From the human T2T-CHM13v2.0 reference genome, Homo sapiens, in assembly GCF_009914755.1 (NCBI RefSeq), contig NC_060947.1: 64,000 nucleotides of DNA. One strand, given 5' to 3'. A program made the position numbers and the translations under genes. Positions 1 to 14,653 of the stretch are shown here, piece by piece. The notes under the pieces are model-generated. The model searched no databases. It was not told the origin of the DNA and saw only the letters and a program-made list of their open reading frames with translations. Numbering within the stretch: position 1 is the first letter of the stretch; every line of letters begins with the position of its first letter.

Positions 1-205
1 TAGTAGTTAAAAGCAAGAACATCAGACAGACCTTAATTTGAATCCTGGTTCCACTGGTTGCTTGCTGGCTCTGACTTCTTTTGAATCCTAGTTTCTTCAT
101 CCACAAAATGAAGATACTAATACCTACCTCTCAGGGTAGTTGAGAGAATTAAATTCATAGGAAGCATTTAGTAAGTAATCTGGCATATATCAGGTACTAA
201 TAATG
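1..205 (+). mobile_element. MIR SINE fragment
   Basis: MIR-like core: tttgaatcctggttccact...gtttcttcatccacaaaatgaagatactaatacctacctctcagggtagttgagagaattaaat. Confidence 0.8.
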
Positions 206-1147
206 ATGGCATTATTCACCAGATTGTTACCTCCTGATGGTTGGAACCATGCTAGGTGCTCTTTTTTTTTTCTATACCCACAATGCCTAACACAGATCTA
301 AGTATACACTAGGCGTGCTCATTTACTACTTGTTGAACTGAATAGAATTAGTGGGAAAGACGTGTCAGGACAAAGTTGATTTAGGAATCTAGTGCAATCT
401 GACATTAGAGACTTTCAACTAATTTACTTTCCTTATCTCTGCTGTATGAACTTATTTTATTTTGTGTCAACTTTTATTTTAGATTCAGGAATACATGTGC
501 AGGTTTGTTACATGAGTATATTGCATAATGCTGAGGTTTGTGGTATGAATGATTGCGTCACCCAGGAAGTGAGCATGGTACCCAATAGGTAGTTTTTCGG
601 CCTCCGTCCCTTCCCTCCCTCTCCCCTCCAGTAGTCCCCAGTGTCTACTGTCCCCATCTTTATGCCATGTATACCCAATGTTTAGCTTCCGCTTATAAGT
701 GAGAACATGAAGCATTTGATTTTCTGTTTCTGTGTTAATTTACTTAGGATAATGGCCTCCAACTGCATCCATGTTGCTGCAAAGGATATGAATTCATTCT
801 TGTTTATGGCTATGTAGTATTTTGTGGTATATATATATATATATATACTACATTTTCTTTATCCAATCTACCATTGATGGGCACCTAGGTTGATTCCATT
901 CTTTGCTATTGTGAATAGTCCTCCGATGAACATACGAGTGCATGAGTTTTTTTGGTAGAATGATTTATTTTCCTTTGGGTATACACCCAGTAATGAGATT
1001 GCTGGGTTGAATGGTAGTTCTATTTTATGTTCTTTGAGAAATCTCCAAGCTGCTTTCCACAGTGGCTGAACTAATTTACATTCCCACCAACAGTATATAA
1101 GCATTCCCTTTTCTCCACAGCCTTGCCAACATCTGTTAATTTTTGAC

Positions 1148-1746
<599 letters not shown>

Positions 1747-2959
1747 TGACTTTTTAGTAACAGCTATTGTGACTGGTGTGAGATGATATCTCCTTGTGGT
1801 TTTGATTTGCATTTCTCTGATAATTAGTGATGTTGAGCATTTTTTCATATGTTTGGTATGTCTTCTTTTGAGTAGTGTCTGTCCATGTCCTTTGGCCACT
1901 TTTTAATGGGGTTGTTTTTTGCCTGTTGAATTGTTTAAGGTTCTTATAGACTCTAGATATTAGACCTTTGTCAGATGCATAGTTTGGGAAATAACTTATT
2001 TTTGAAAGCCATTCTGAATTTTTTCTAACCCCAAATCTTATTGCAATAACTCTTCTCATATATTTATACATATTTCTTCCTTTTAGGGGGAAAATAAAAA
2101 TCATCCCATTTTCATCAGTGGTATCAGTTTTCTCTTCATCAGTGAAGTCTGAAATATTTGACTTTATCATCTCCTTCAATCCTAGTAGAAGAATGCTAGC
2201 AATATCATTTTGCTTCTCTCTGCATAAAACTATTCATAAATGGCTCCTTTCTATCTACTAGTGAAGCCCAAACTCTGAACCTGGCACTGAAGACCTGGCA
2301 TTTAACCAGGCCCCATCTGACCTATCCAAATCTGTTTCCTACAAAGCTTTCTGTTGCAGCCAGGCGGGTCTTACCACTGGGGTCTAAGCACTATGCACAA
2401 CTCAAACTGTTTTCTTTTGCTAGGTTAGGATATCCCATTTCTAAATGTGAGGCTTTACCTAGCTACTAATGCCCCATTGAGTTCTTCAAGATTGCTCACT
2501 AGCTATATCACTCATTTGGATTCTAAGCTCTCTGTTTCATGTGTAAAAGATTTGACCCACCTGAGGGCAGGGAGAGGGTCTTATTTCTTATTTCCCATTG
2601 TGCCATGTATTGTGCAGAGCACATAGTAAATGATTAAGATGAAAGAACCATGAAGGTGCTTTTTAAACCTAAATAGCCATGGATTATCGAAATTAATCTG
2701 TGCATATAATAATCATTTACTGAGTACCTACTGCGCTGGATAACTAGGATGGATGTAAGGACTTTCTAAGTGTCCTTTAGGGACTCTCAAAAATTCATAG
2801 GGAGGAGAACTTGATAAAAGACTAGATTTTCTGCAGTTAAGTGGGATGAATGCTCAGATTTGGTCATTAAAGTTTTGTGTGACCTCACACACCCATATAA
2901 TTACAGATATTTAGGTTGTTGATGTATTAACCTAATTGAAGCAAGAATGTGCCCATCAG

Positions 2960-3060
2960 AAGGGACTTGTTAATATCTTTATTGCTCACTATTATATCTC
3001 AGTGTCCAGAACACAGAATTTGGCATATAGCAGTATTTTAAAGGACACTGTTGAATGAAC
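2960..3060 (+). mobile_element. L2 3' tail
   Basis: gctcactattatatctcagtgtccagaacacagaatttggcatatagcag...gttgaatgaa. Confidence 0.6.
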
Positions 3061-3783
3061 AGTGAGACTTCTGGAGAATTGAATTTACTCTGGGTATGCT
3101 GTCAAAGTAAGGCTCCTGGGACCATAAGGCTGAAGGTCACACAATGGAAAGTTCACTGGGTTGTTGCTACTCTGAAAGATTCTTGGAAAACACCTAGCCA
3201 GGCTCCCAAAGAGACCTCAATCTGTCCCTTTCTATTAGAAACTTCTTTAAAAGCACTTTTTGGCAGTAATAACACCTTTTCCTCTTATCTGAAAGCTAAA
3301 GTAACTTTATACAATTTTCATAAATAATGAAAACACTAAATCTTAGTTTATCTTCTTTTCCATATCTTGCCTACATTCACTGTGTTACATTTTGTAAATA
3401 TCACTCCGAGACAACCTACATTAGTTAGTCTGCATCTCTTACTTGTGGTATTTGACACTCAAGTTTTCAGTTGGACACCTTCTTCACTTTTAGCAACCTC
3501 ATAGTAAACCACACCAAACTATGAGAAAACAGTTATTCCATCACCTCAGAAAGAAGGTAATATGGGAGTCATTTAAAAATAAGTGTAAAAAAACTCAAAC
3601 CAATTGCTGTTGCTGTTATTGCTACCCACTATAGGGAGGGAAAGGTCCTTAAATGTTGAGAATCATTTTCATTCCACTCTGCAGAGCCAAATCATCTGGT
3701 CTGTGTGCTGAGTCCAAAAAACACTGCTGCATAGTTTCCTCAAGGAACAAACCAGGGAAAGGGAATCTGAAAAATCACAATAG

Positions 3784-4094
<311 letters not shown>

Positions 4095-4399
4095 TCACAG
4101 CAGGTTTTTAGGTGAAAAGAACTTACAGGAAAGAACCTCCTTGAAAATAAAGGTTATATGTGATGAAAGTGCTGCTTTCCAGCCACTGCCTCATCTGTTT
4201 TCTCTCTTACATTAAATGGCAGTACTGGTCAAATGCCATTTGCTTCTCTGTTTGTTCATGACCTATTTTCAGCACTATTTCCTTCATTTCAGCCTGTAGG
4301 TTGCTATTCCTCAGTGGAAAGCGCGTGGAAGCAAACATAGGATGGAGACTGACATCTTGTGTGTTACTGGATGCTTTCACTCAGCCATATCAACATTGG

Positions 4400-4810
4400 T
4401 CCTATTGCTGGCTCTAGGAACAAGCATTGTAGTCTGGGTTCTGTCTGAGTTGCTCTTCACTTGGCTCTTGGTGTGTTTAACTCCTGATTCTTCATGCCTC
4501 AGCCTATATGTCACTTCTTCAAAGAGGTCTACCTTGATCATCCTATCTAACGTATCCACCCCCTCCCCAAGCTCAGTCACTGTCCATATTGAATTCCTTT
4601 AATTTCTTTCACAGTAACTTATCTAACTTAACTATCTGAAGTGATCTAGTTTATTTACTTGTTTTTCCTCTCTTCCCTCCCTAGTAGGATATAACCTTGA
4701 TGTAGGGATTATGTCTGCCTCATTCAGCTGTTGCATATACCCAATGCTTAGCATGGTGTCTGGGGCATTCCAGGTGATCAGGAGCTATTTGTTCAATAAA
4801 TGAATGAGTG
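4400..4810 (+). mobile_element. L2 3' fragment
   Basis: tatgtcacttcttcaaagagg...cccaatgcttagcatggtgtctgg...aataaatgaatgagtga. Confidence 0.75.
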
Positions 4811-5092
4811 AGAAGAACAGAGTGCAATGCAGGACTGTCATAATTTTTCTTTTTCATGGTGGGTATAGCCACAGAACAGAGTCTGCCAAGATTTGTCATG
4901 CTCACTGACCTCTCCACACATCTGCTGATTCACACAAGAACAAATGATATAAGTGAAAGAGGAGAATTGTCTCTTTAGTGATTCTAAAGTTTGATGTGAA
5001 ACTTGAAGGGCTTGGGAGTACAGGTAGCATTTTCATTTCTTTCATAGGGTAAAAGGAATGACATAGGCAGATAATGAAAGATACAGGAACTT

Positions 5093-5400
5093 GGCTGGGC
5101 AAGGTGACTCACGCCTGTAAGCCCAACACTTTGGGAGGCCATGGTGGCCTGATCACTTGAGGCCAGGAGTTTGAGACCAGCCTGGCCAACATGGTGAAAC
5201 CCTGTCTCTACTTAAAAAAAAAAAAAAAATTAGCCAGGTGTGGTGGTGCACGCCTATAATTACAGTTACCCGGGAGGCTGAAGTGGGAGGATCAGAGGAT
5301 CACTTGAATCTAGGAGGTGGAGGTTGCAGTGAGCTGAGATTGAGCCACTGCCCTTCAGCCTTGGTGACATAGTGAGACTCTGTCTCAAAAAAAAAAAAAA
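5093..5400 (+). mobile_element. Alu SINE
   Basis: Full dimer with poly(A); TSD agatacaggaactt / agatgcaggaagtt. Confidence 0.93.
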
Positions 5401-5459
5401 GATGCAGGAAGTTAACAGTAGACTACATTCATAATGTTGAGCAGGATCTAATTTTCTCA

Positions 5460-5840
<381 letters not shown>

Positions 5841-5892
5841 TCAGGAGATTCACAAACCTCATCAAAAGTGTAAATTTCTAGATTGAACTAAA

Positions 5893-6005
5893 CCAGGTGC
5901 CTAGTTAAATTTGAATTTTGAATATCAAACAAACAATGAATAATTTTTTTTAGTATAATATGCCTCATACAATATTTGGTGTCCTGTCTTTTATCTGGCA
6001 ACCCT
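5893..6005. mobile_element. MER53-type hAT MITE, internally deleted
   Basis: agttaaatttgaatttt...ttttttagtata...tcttttatctggcaaccct terminal repeat. Confidence 0.75.
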
Positions 6006-6107
6006 GTAAGAGTATTTTCATCCAGTTCTCATTACTCTATATCATTCATAGGGATATTATAAGAACTTTACCAGATGCCTGGCTGACTTCTAGACTTATA
6101 CTCCTAA

Positions 6108-6183
6108 TTAGGTTGGTGCAAAAACAATTGTAGTTTTGCCATTAAAAGTGCAAAAAACTGGAATTACTTTTGCAGCAACCTAA
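6108..6183. mobile_element. MADE1 (Hsmar1-derived MITE), copy 1
   Basis: Palindrome ttaggttggtgcaaaa...ttttgcagcaacctaa followed by TA. Confidence 0.93.
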
Positions 6184-7712
6184 TAGGAAACAAATTTGTT
6201 GGTTTTATAACATCTCATATATACTATACATTACTTAAATGAATGGTTTTATACGACACTTAGCTTGTGACTACTTTGATGCAGGCCAGAGTCTGGCAAC
6301 ATTTCCCAAACCATATTCCATAAAACCATAGGGCCCAATAAATGGTCAAATGTATTTAAATGGTCAAATATATTTACAGAATAAACTGCCCTCTTAGTCG
6401 CAGTGCACATTAGGATATTAAAGGTGCTGAAAGTCCTGCAGAAAAGGCCTGCATATACATACTTCCCCCAAATTTGCTTCTGTTTTGAGGCTCCATGCTC
6501 TCCAACTGAATTATCTCCCTCTGGGATTCTCATCCTCACCTCATGTGACCAGCCTTACCAAATGCTTTGACTCTGTCATTGGGCCAGGTTCTGGACTGGC
6601 TGACTTTCACATTTCCCTCTAGGGGCAAGGAATACAGAAAGCTAAGATTTGGGCCCTGAAGAAACATTATTTCATAGTCTTCCTGAGGGTCTCACTGCTT
6701 ATTCTCAGGTGTGTTAGCAAGCCAGAGGTTCCGGGGCCTGCTTGCACATGTGCCCAGCTTAGAAGAAATCCCATAATAGGACTCGTTCATTGTATTAGAC
6801 ATATTTTGTTGTCATGGTTTTTAAAGTACAGTACAACAATATTTGTATGGAAAAAACCATGCTTATCATAGGATGTAATTTGTGCATAATTTTCTAGATG
6901 GAGTCCAGAATACATCTTTTTCAAAGGTAAACTTAATGACATTTGTTTCATAAATACCATCATTCTTCACTGTCAGTCCTCTGTGAACACTCTAGCCTCT
7001 GACATTCAGTGAAGCAATAAAGAAATCAAACATGCCTACCTAACCTTTATGAAAATATTTAAAATTATGATTTAATTTTTAATCTCCCATGGCAGCAGTA
7101 AAATAAATGATATAAATCTCAACAGGACTGTCTACTTCACAATAACACTTAGGGTATGGCCTAAACAGGCAAGAATTCCTCTTAATCATAAACTGATGTG
7201 GCACAGGTCTGGGCAAAGGGAGGGTGGTAGATGTTGACATTTCGCATTTCCTGGGGACCCAGAGGGTAGAGAGTGGAGAGGCAGTTTTGAAATGTCCTGT
7301 ACTAACAGTTTGGGTATAAATACAATGTCCTGTTCTTCCTTGCCACTGAATTTTTCTTTCTTGTGATTAAAACAAAACAAATAAAAACCAAGAAAACTCA
7401 AAACACACAAAACAACCGCCAGGCCAAAAAGAAGTGTAAAGACAAGGAAAAGCATGTATTTTAAACTTTTAAAAGGAAATGAAATAATCTACTCAGTCTA
7501 AAAGGATGGGATTTAAGGTTTAGAGTCCATTGTGAAATCTCTTACACAATTAGCTAAGGTCTGCGGCACAAAGCTATGGATAAATTTAGGGATGCCAAAT
7601 TAAATACGATGGTTTACTGAGTTAAAATGATACTAACATAATACACTGTAGATATAGTAACTAGTTTCTCAATGTTTCCACAGTTTAAAGAGCAGACATA
7701 AAAAAAATTCTA

Positions 7713-7787
7713 TTAGATTGGTGCAAAAGCAATTGCGGTTTTGCCATTAAAGTGCAAAAAACTGCAATTACTGTTGCACCAACCGAA
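7713..7787. mobile_element. MADE1 (Hsmar1-derived MITE), copy 2
   Basis: TA-ttagattggtgcaaaagcaattgcgg...ttgcaccaaccgaa-TA. Confidence 0.93.
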
Positions 7788-8056
7788 TAGGAAACAAATT
7801 TGTTAGTTTTATAACATCTCATATATACGATGCATTACTTAAATGAATGGTTTTATATGACACTTAGCTGGTGAATACTTTGATGCAGGCCAGAGCCTGA
7901 CCCATAAATAGGTGCTCGGTACATGTATGTCAAATCTATGAATGTCCTGTATATAATTATAGCTTTAAGACAATATAATCAAATCTATGAACAGTTGTTC
8001 ATCTGATCAAATTTTTCTGGAATCTCTGGCAACTCAGCTGATTTAGATTATATCGA

Positions 8057-8278
8057 CAGGGTTCATCAACCCTGACACTATTGACATTTTGGGCCAGATA
8101 GTTCTTTGCTCTAGGTTCTAGCCTTTGCATTATAGAGTGTTTAACAGCATATCTGGCCTCTACCCACCAAGATGCTAATAGTACATCCTAACTGTGATGA
8201 CCAAAAGTATCTCCAGGCATTGTCAAATGTCCCTGTGGGAAGGAGAAAGTAAAATAGCCCCCAGTTAAAAATCACTGG
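8057..8278 (+). mobile_element. MER20 hAT element
   Basis: caaccctgacactattgacattttgggccagata...ctccaggcattgtcaaatgtccc...cccagttaaaaatcactg. Confidence 0.85.
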
Positions 8279-8282
8279 GTTA

Positions 8283-8700
8283 TAAGTGCCCATCAGTGAC
8301 AGAATGGATAAAGAAAATGTGGCACATATATACCATGGAATACTATGCAGCCATAAAAAAGAATGAGATGTCTTTTGTGGGAACATGGATGGAGCTGGAG
8401 GCTATTATCCTCAGCAAACTAACACAGGAACAGAAAACCAAATACCAATATGTTCTCACTTCTAAGTGGGAGCTAAATGATGACAACTTATGAATACAAG
8501 AAGGAAACAACAAGCACTGGAGTCTACTTGAGGGTGGAGGGTGAGAGGAGAAAGAGGAGCAGAAAAGACAACTATTGGGTACTGGGCTTAATTCCTGAGT
8601 GATGAAATAATCTGTACAACAAACCCCTGTGACATGAGTTTACCTATGTAACCTTCCCATGTACCCCTGAACCTAAAATAAAAGTTAAAAAATAAATAAA
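8283..8700 (+). mobile_element. 5'-truncated L1 (old L1PA type) 3' end
   Basis: ORF2 tail WIKKMWHIYTMEYYAAIKK plus 3'UTR; TSD taaaaatcactgggtta at 8266-8282 and 8701-8717. Confidence 0.95.
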
Positions 8701-8866
8701 TAAAAATCACTGGGTTAGAAGACAGTACAGGTTTAGGCCGAGAGTTCCCATGAGTTGACTCTAATCCTCTACAGATTACCTGGTTCTGCCACACTTGTTT
8801 TGACAGATGGAATCCAAAGACTTTCATGACTGCAAGAGGTGGAGAATCAAGAAGACAGGCCAGGCT

Positions 8867-9348
8867 AAATGTCCATCAGTATATGAATGGATAAACAAAG
8901 TGTAACACATCCATAAAATTGGATAATATTCATCCATAAAAAGGAATGAAGTAATGATACATGCTACAATGTGGATGAACCTTGAAAACATGCTAAATGA
9001 AAGAAGCCAGACATTTCATTTATGTGAAATATTTAAAATAGATAAATCTATCGAGATAGAAAGCAGTTTGTTGGTTGCCAAGGGCTGGGAGAGGGGGAAT
9101 GGGAATACTGCTTAATGAATGTAGTGTTTCCTTTTGATGTGATGGGAATGTTTTGGAACTACCTAGAGATGGTAGTTGCACAACATTGTAAATGTTGTGT
9201 ATGTAACATTTGTAAATGTTGTGTGCGTAATATCCATTTACATGTATATTACATTTATTTACAATGTAAATGTAAATGCCGCTGAATTCTTCAGTTTAAA
9301 ATTGTTAATTTTATGTTATACGAATTTCAACTTGATAAATTTAAATAA
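8867..9348 (+). mobile_element. L1MB/MC-type 3' end
   Basis: aaatgtccatcagtatatgaatggataaacaaa...tggatgaaccttgaaaacatgctaaatgaaagaagccagac. Confidence 0.8.
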
Positions 9349-9589
9349 AGGAGAGGCCAGACGGACACAGCAGAGGCCCAACCTAAGGAGAAGAAAGTGA
9401 ATCATGGGAAGTAGAATTGCCTATTTTTTAAAGCTATGTTTCATGGAGTGCTGAGGGTTCTGAGGAGCTTCACTGGGGCCATGGGGAAGGTGGAAAACAG
9501 ATGGGGCCCCAGGCTCCCATCCTCTCTCTTGCTTTAATCAAGGTTAGCTATCCCTACTGATTATTGGAGACTTTTGAAGCTGAAAGCAC

Positions 9590-9686
9590 AACTTCCTTCA
9601 CAGGGTTGTTCTAAAAATCCAATGAGATAATGTATTTAAAGTTGCTAGCACATAGAAATTGTTCAATAAATAGCGATGATTATTAG
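9590..9686 (+). mobile_element. MIR fragment
   Basis: ttcacagggttgttctaaaaatccaatgagataatgtatttaaagttgctagcacatag. Confidence 0.7.
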
Positions 9687-9962
9687 TTTTAGGTCTCTGC
9701 AGACAGGCATCTTCCTCTCCTCTTGGATCCTCAACCCCCATGCAAAGACAGGCTAATTTGAGCTCTTTGCCAGCAATGCCTCCTCTCCTTTCACTGGGTA
9801 AGTTAGAATCTACTCTTTTCATCAGATTTACATCAAAACCAATCATGCCTCTGACTATGGTACATAAAATAGGTTCACTTTTGAGGCCAGCTGAAGGTCA
9901 AAATTGATCATGACACCCAGTTTTACAATCATATGGCACAAATTGGCACAAGGAAATGACTA

Positions 9963-10400
<438 letters not shown>

Positions 10401-12699
10401 TTAAAATACAATCTTGATAACTCATGACATGTTTCATAGAGGGAACTATGAGTATGTGTGAGTGTGTAAAGGGATGTGAAGAAATGTGCCTGTGAAGAGA
10501 GAAACATGAGTTGAAGGGGCTTTGAAATGGAATGCATCTTGAGTTATCTCAAATTCCACGCTGGACTTAGGTGGTTCTTTCTGCTCTCTATGAAAAACAA
10601 AACCAAAAGGCTTTGGAATGCATCTTCTCCATTAGTATTAGACCCAGTTATTTTATATAAGTATGAAAGAAGCAAATGGGGTGCTTTGTTCTGGGAGTGT
10701 AATTATGTTTCTCCTTCTGATGTTATCTTCCCAGCAGATTCAAGAGGCGTTAGGAGAGGTGAGGTAGAATATTCAGTATACAGAATAACAAGCAAATGTG
10801 TACTTGATCCACTGCTGCCCCTCAGACTTCCTCTTTCTTGGTCTTTCTCTAGTAGTATTGACAGGTATTGGCTTTATATCAGATCCAGAGAGAGCTGGAG
10901 GGAGCTGTGAACTGACTTTAAACATCATCTAATGAAAATATAATGCCTCTGTTTTAGGAGAGCTAAAATTGAATATAGATAAGCATCTTTTATTGTTTGA
11001 TTTGAACATTACATTTCATTAGTAAATAGTGTAAGCTTTGTTATTCTGAGGAAGAGGTGTCAGAGGGGCCTCTGGCACTTTCTCTCACGGCAAAGCACCG
11101 GCTCCTTTTGAGGGGAGGAGGGTGGTTCTTTGAGCTGGTCAACCTTGCGTGCTCTGCCTCCCTGCAGCCTGCCTGCTTCAGTCTAGCAGAGACTTCAGCT
11201 GGCTGCAAAATGTGGCCACCAGGGACATATGCTCTGGTATCTATAAACAGACCAGAGATAAAGAAGTCAGGACCTGGGCAAGGACTCTCGTATTCAAGCA
11301 TACAGTAGGCATTGCGAGCACAGTAGAAGCATAAACGAAGCTCTGACAAGGTTTCTTGTCTCGGGGAGTAGAGCAGAAGCCTCCACTTTTTCCAATAACT
11401 TTGCAGTGTCAGATGCCTTAACAGTTCAGAGGCAGATCCCAGGAGGGAGAGGGCCAAACCCTGTGACTCTTCTCCAGTTCCAGGAAAATGAATAAGAACG
11501 ATTGATTTTTCAGAAAGGGAGCCATGTGCAAAAGAGGGCTCTTGACCCCAAGAGGCAGCAAGGGGAGGGAGGAGGAAACAGATGTTTGAGTAACAGCAAA
11601 GGGACCCGGGAGGCTGTAATGCTGTGTCAATGATGTAATGCTCAATTGAAATGACTCCCAGAGATGCGTGGGCTGTCCCTTGCCCAGGGAGTGAAGAGTA
11701 TTCCCATGCAGGTGCAGGTACCTGAGTCCCAGACAGCAAGTCACAGATGAACTTGTGCTTGCTTCAATTTTCTTTGTCTGTTTGGCCCAGTCTGGGCCTT
11801 AGCTCCTAGATGCTGACTACTCTGGGGATAAAGACTGAAAAAGCTTTGAAATGTGATTCAGGAAGAGCCAAAAAACCAGGGCCAGAGAAAGAGTGGTGAT
11901 AGAGCTGTGACAACATGTTTATAGCTCTCCCAGCCTTATGCTTTCTTAGATTGCTTTCCTTGGACTGAAGCTCCCATTGGATAAGACCCCAGAGCTTTTC
12001 TTATCTATGAATTTCTTCTGGAAAATCCCAGCTGTGCATAGATCCTCCACAAGGTCTGGACTATTCTTCAACCCTGACTTCAGATGCCATGGAAGAAAAG
12101 AATACTTGTAGAAACGCTGTCATTTCCTTGCTTTAAACCTTCTGGTGGTCTACTAACACTTGTCCCCCTAGCTTCATCTTGTGCCTCCAGTTATTATTCT
12201 CTTGTCTCCCTGGCTTTCTGTCAGTTTCTAGAACACTCCAGGCTTTATCATACAGCAGGGATTTGGCACTAGCTCCTACTCCTCTTATTCAGTTCTCAGA
12301 GCCTTGCCAATGCCTAGTACATACCTGGAACCAAGGAAACACTGAGTGGGAGCAGACAGTAGCGGGGCAACTGTGTTTATTTTGGCCTATAGATGTTTGG
12401 TGGAGAGGTCAGGTTTGGTGATGGGGATGAAGATAAAGGGGGAGGAATTCTGTAAGTAAAAGGAACAAGTGTAGAGCAGCGTGAGAAGAAGAGGGGTCGT
12501 GGGTGACCCTTGGGTTTCATCTGTTATCCATGGGGCAGAGCTGAAGCACATGGCTGGGCTCTAGTACTGGGACTTCACTGAGAGGGGCCACTCTAACCCA
12601 AACCAAGGAGGAAAACACCAGGGCAAATTCATTTATTGTCATAATCTAAAAAAGCCAGATAGCAGCCCGTGGGATTGGTAGGGAGAATTTCACTTATAC

Positions 12700-13380
12700 T
12701 TTCAGTCAAGAAACTGATTATTGAACAATTGTCTCTTCATGGCTTATCTCTATCTATGAGAGGGAAGTTTTCCCAAATTCCTTTCCATCCTTGGCTGGAA
12801 TTGATGCCTCTTTCATATGCTCACAGTACTAGGAACTTCTCTCCATCAAGTCACTGATGTCAGTATACTACGCTTGGCAGGTGTGAGTCTGTCTTCCCTA
12901 TTCATCTGTGAGGTCAGTGAGGAAAGGAACCGTATCACTAACAGGTGCCTGGCAAGTGCTCGGGTTTGTTGTTGAATGAGTGAATGAAATGTTCCTTGAT
13001 CATCAATATGGCTGCCTCTTGCCTTACCACGCTCACTCACTCATTTGCTCATTGATTAAAGAAATATTTTTTGAGGAACTGTTATGTGTCAAGCCTTCTG
13101 CTAGGCGTTAAGGCTACAAAGGCAGAAAAAGACCCTTCTCTTTCCTCGCGGTGCTCACTGTCCAGTGGAGGAGACAGACAAGCTAACAGGTTATTGTAAG
13201 GCAGTGTGGTGAGTGCTAACAGAAAGTAAAATGTTCCCTGGGGGCAAAGACAGTTATGGCATTGAAGAGTATGCCAGGCAAAGGAAATAGCATAGACAAA
13301 GGCCTGGAGGCAAGGCAGCATGGTATCTTTGAACAATTGAAAAAAATGTAGTTTAGCTAGAGTAGAAAATACATCTGAGG
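12700..13380. mobile_element. Two L2 3' fragments, tail to tail (+ ending about 12990, - starting about 13035)
   Basis: Plus-strand tail gtgcctggcaagtgctc...gttgaatgagtgaatgaa; minus-strand tail tcactcactcatttgctcatt...ttgaggaactgttatgtgtcaagcc. Confidence 0.7.
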
Positions 13381-13536
13381 GTTGTAGATCTGCTGCCAGC
13401 CAGAACTTGTGGCTTTGGAAGTTACACATTTTGGGTCAGCCATCACCCGGGCAAGTGAGACAAGCACTCTGACCACTAGGCCCGTAGACTACATCTTCAA
13501 AGAGCCCATAGAGTTAATCCACCTGTCATTCTGTCC

Positions 13537-13557
13537 AACAACAGCAACAACAACAAC

Positions 13558-13592
<35 letters not shown>
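13537..13592. repeat. (CAA)n(CA)n microsatellite
   Basis: caacaacaacaac followed by about 16 CA units. Confidence 0.95.
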
Positions 13593-13594
<2 letters not shown>

Positions 13595-13599
13595 CCCTA

Positions 13600-14440
13600 C
13601 CTTACTATAAACAAAGTGAAAAAACAAATATTAGTATACAGACTATATTGAGAATTCCTGTAAATCAAGAAGAAAAAGGCAAGCAACCCAATAGAAGAAT
13701 AGGAAAAAAAAAAAAAAAAAGGAAATCCAGAGTAGTAAACACAAATGGCCAATAAATAAAAGAAAAAAATGCTCCCCATTGCTAATCAAGGAAATACAAA
13801 TGAACTATGAGAGGTCATTTTATACCTCTCAGGCTGACAAAAATTAAAAGTTTGACAGTTCCAAGTGTTGGTTAGAGGGTGGAGCAAAGAGAGGTGTCTT
13901 TTATTGTTGGGTAGGATGTAAATTGGCTTTAGACGCTTGAGAGAGGAGTTTGACAATATCTAGTAAACTTGGCAACATGTATACAATCCAGCATTAACAC
14001 TTCTTGGTATATATCTAGATATATTCTTGTACATATGGACAAGGACCATTCATTTGGGCATTGTTTCTAACGGCAAAAAAAAAAAAAAAAATGAAAACAA
14101 TCTAGGTGTCCATTAATAGGAGTATGAATATACAAAATAAGGTACATTCCTATAATAGACTTTTATATAGTAGGTAAAAGGAATGATCTAGATCCATAGG
14201 CAGCAAAATGCCAGATGAATAAAGCAAGTTGCAGTGTATGTACATTTTAAAACACACCCGAACTAAACTCTGTGTTGTTAATGGATTCATATGAGTGCAC
14301 TTAAAGTATAGAAGGTATTTTGAAATAATGCACACAAAATTCACAATGGTTATTGCCTTTGAGGAGTGGGAAAGATAATGGGTTTGAGAGTGGGTCCAAG
14401 GTGATCTGACTTTATCTATAAGGTTTTCTTTCTTTTATAT
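13600..14440 (+). mobile_element. L1ME-type 3' region
   Basis: Degenerate ORF2 C-terminus and 3'UTR (aatggccaataaa...ctaatcaaggaaatacaaat...ggctgacaaaaattaaaagtttgac). Confidence 0.75.
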
Positions 14441-14446
14441 ATGAAG

Positions 14447-14653
14447 AGTAGTATGATGATAAATATTTAACAACCGGTCCTCCAGGAATTAAAAAAAACC
14501 CCACTGATTCATAGCATTTGAGGATTTCTGTGCTGAAATACTCCCACTATGGCTGATTTTAAGCTACCAAAGTTTTAGCAACCAGCTGGCAAAATTCCTG
14601 AAAATTTAACACACAGTTACCAAGAACAAGTATGAGCTGGCACAGCACAACGT
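14447..14653 (-). mobile_element. MER63-type hAT element
   Basis: taaatatttaacaaccgg...aaatactcccactatggctgattttaagctacc...aaaattcctgaaaatttaac...gtatgagctggcacagcac. Confidence 0.75.

Noticed and set aside
3085-3185. Possible minus-strand exon (tctttcag/AGTAGC...CCAGA/gtaaat)
   Set aside because: Weak donor and no recognisable peptide.
6108-7787. MADE1 hairpins as miR-548 genes (likewise MER53 as miR-1302)
   Set aside because: There are many such genomic copies and expression cannot be inferred from sequence; both MER53 copies lack an intact second arm.
11041-11739. 232-aa minus-strand ORF as a protein-coding gene
   Set aside because: Non-ATG start, no recognisable domain, and composition typical of a random frame. 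Kept only as part of a regulatory-candidate finding.
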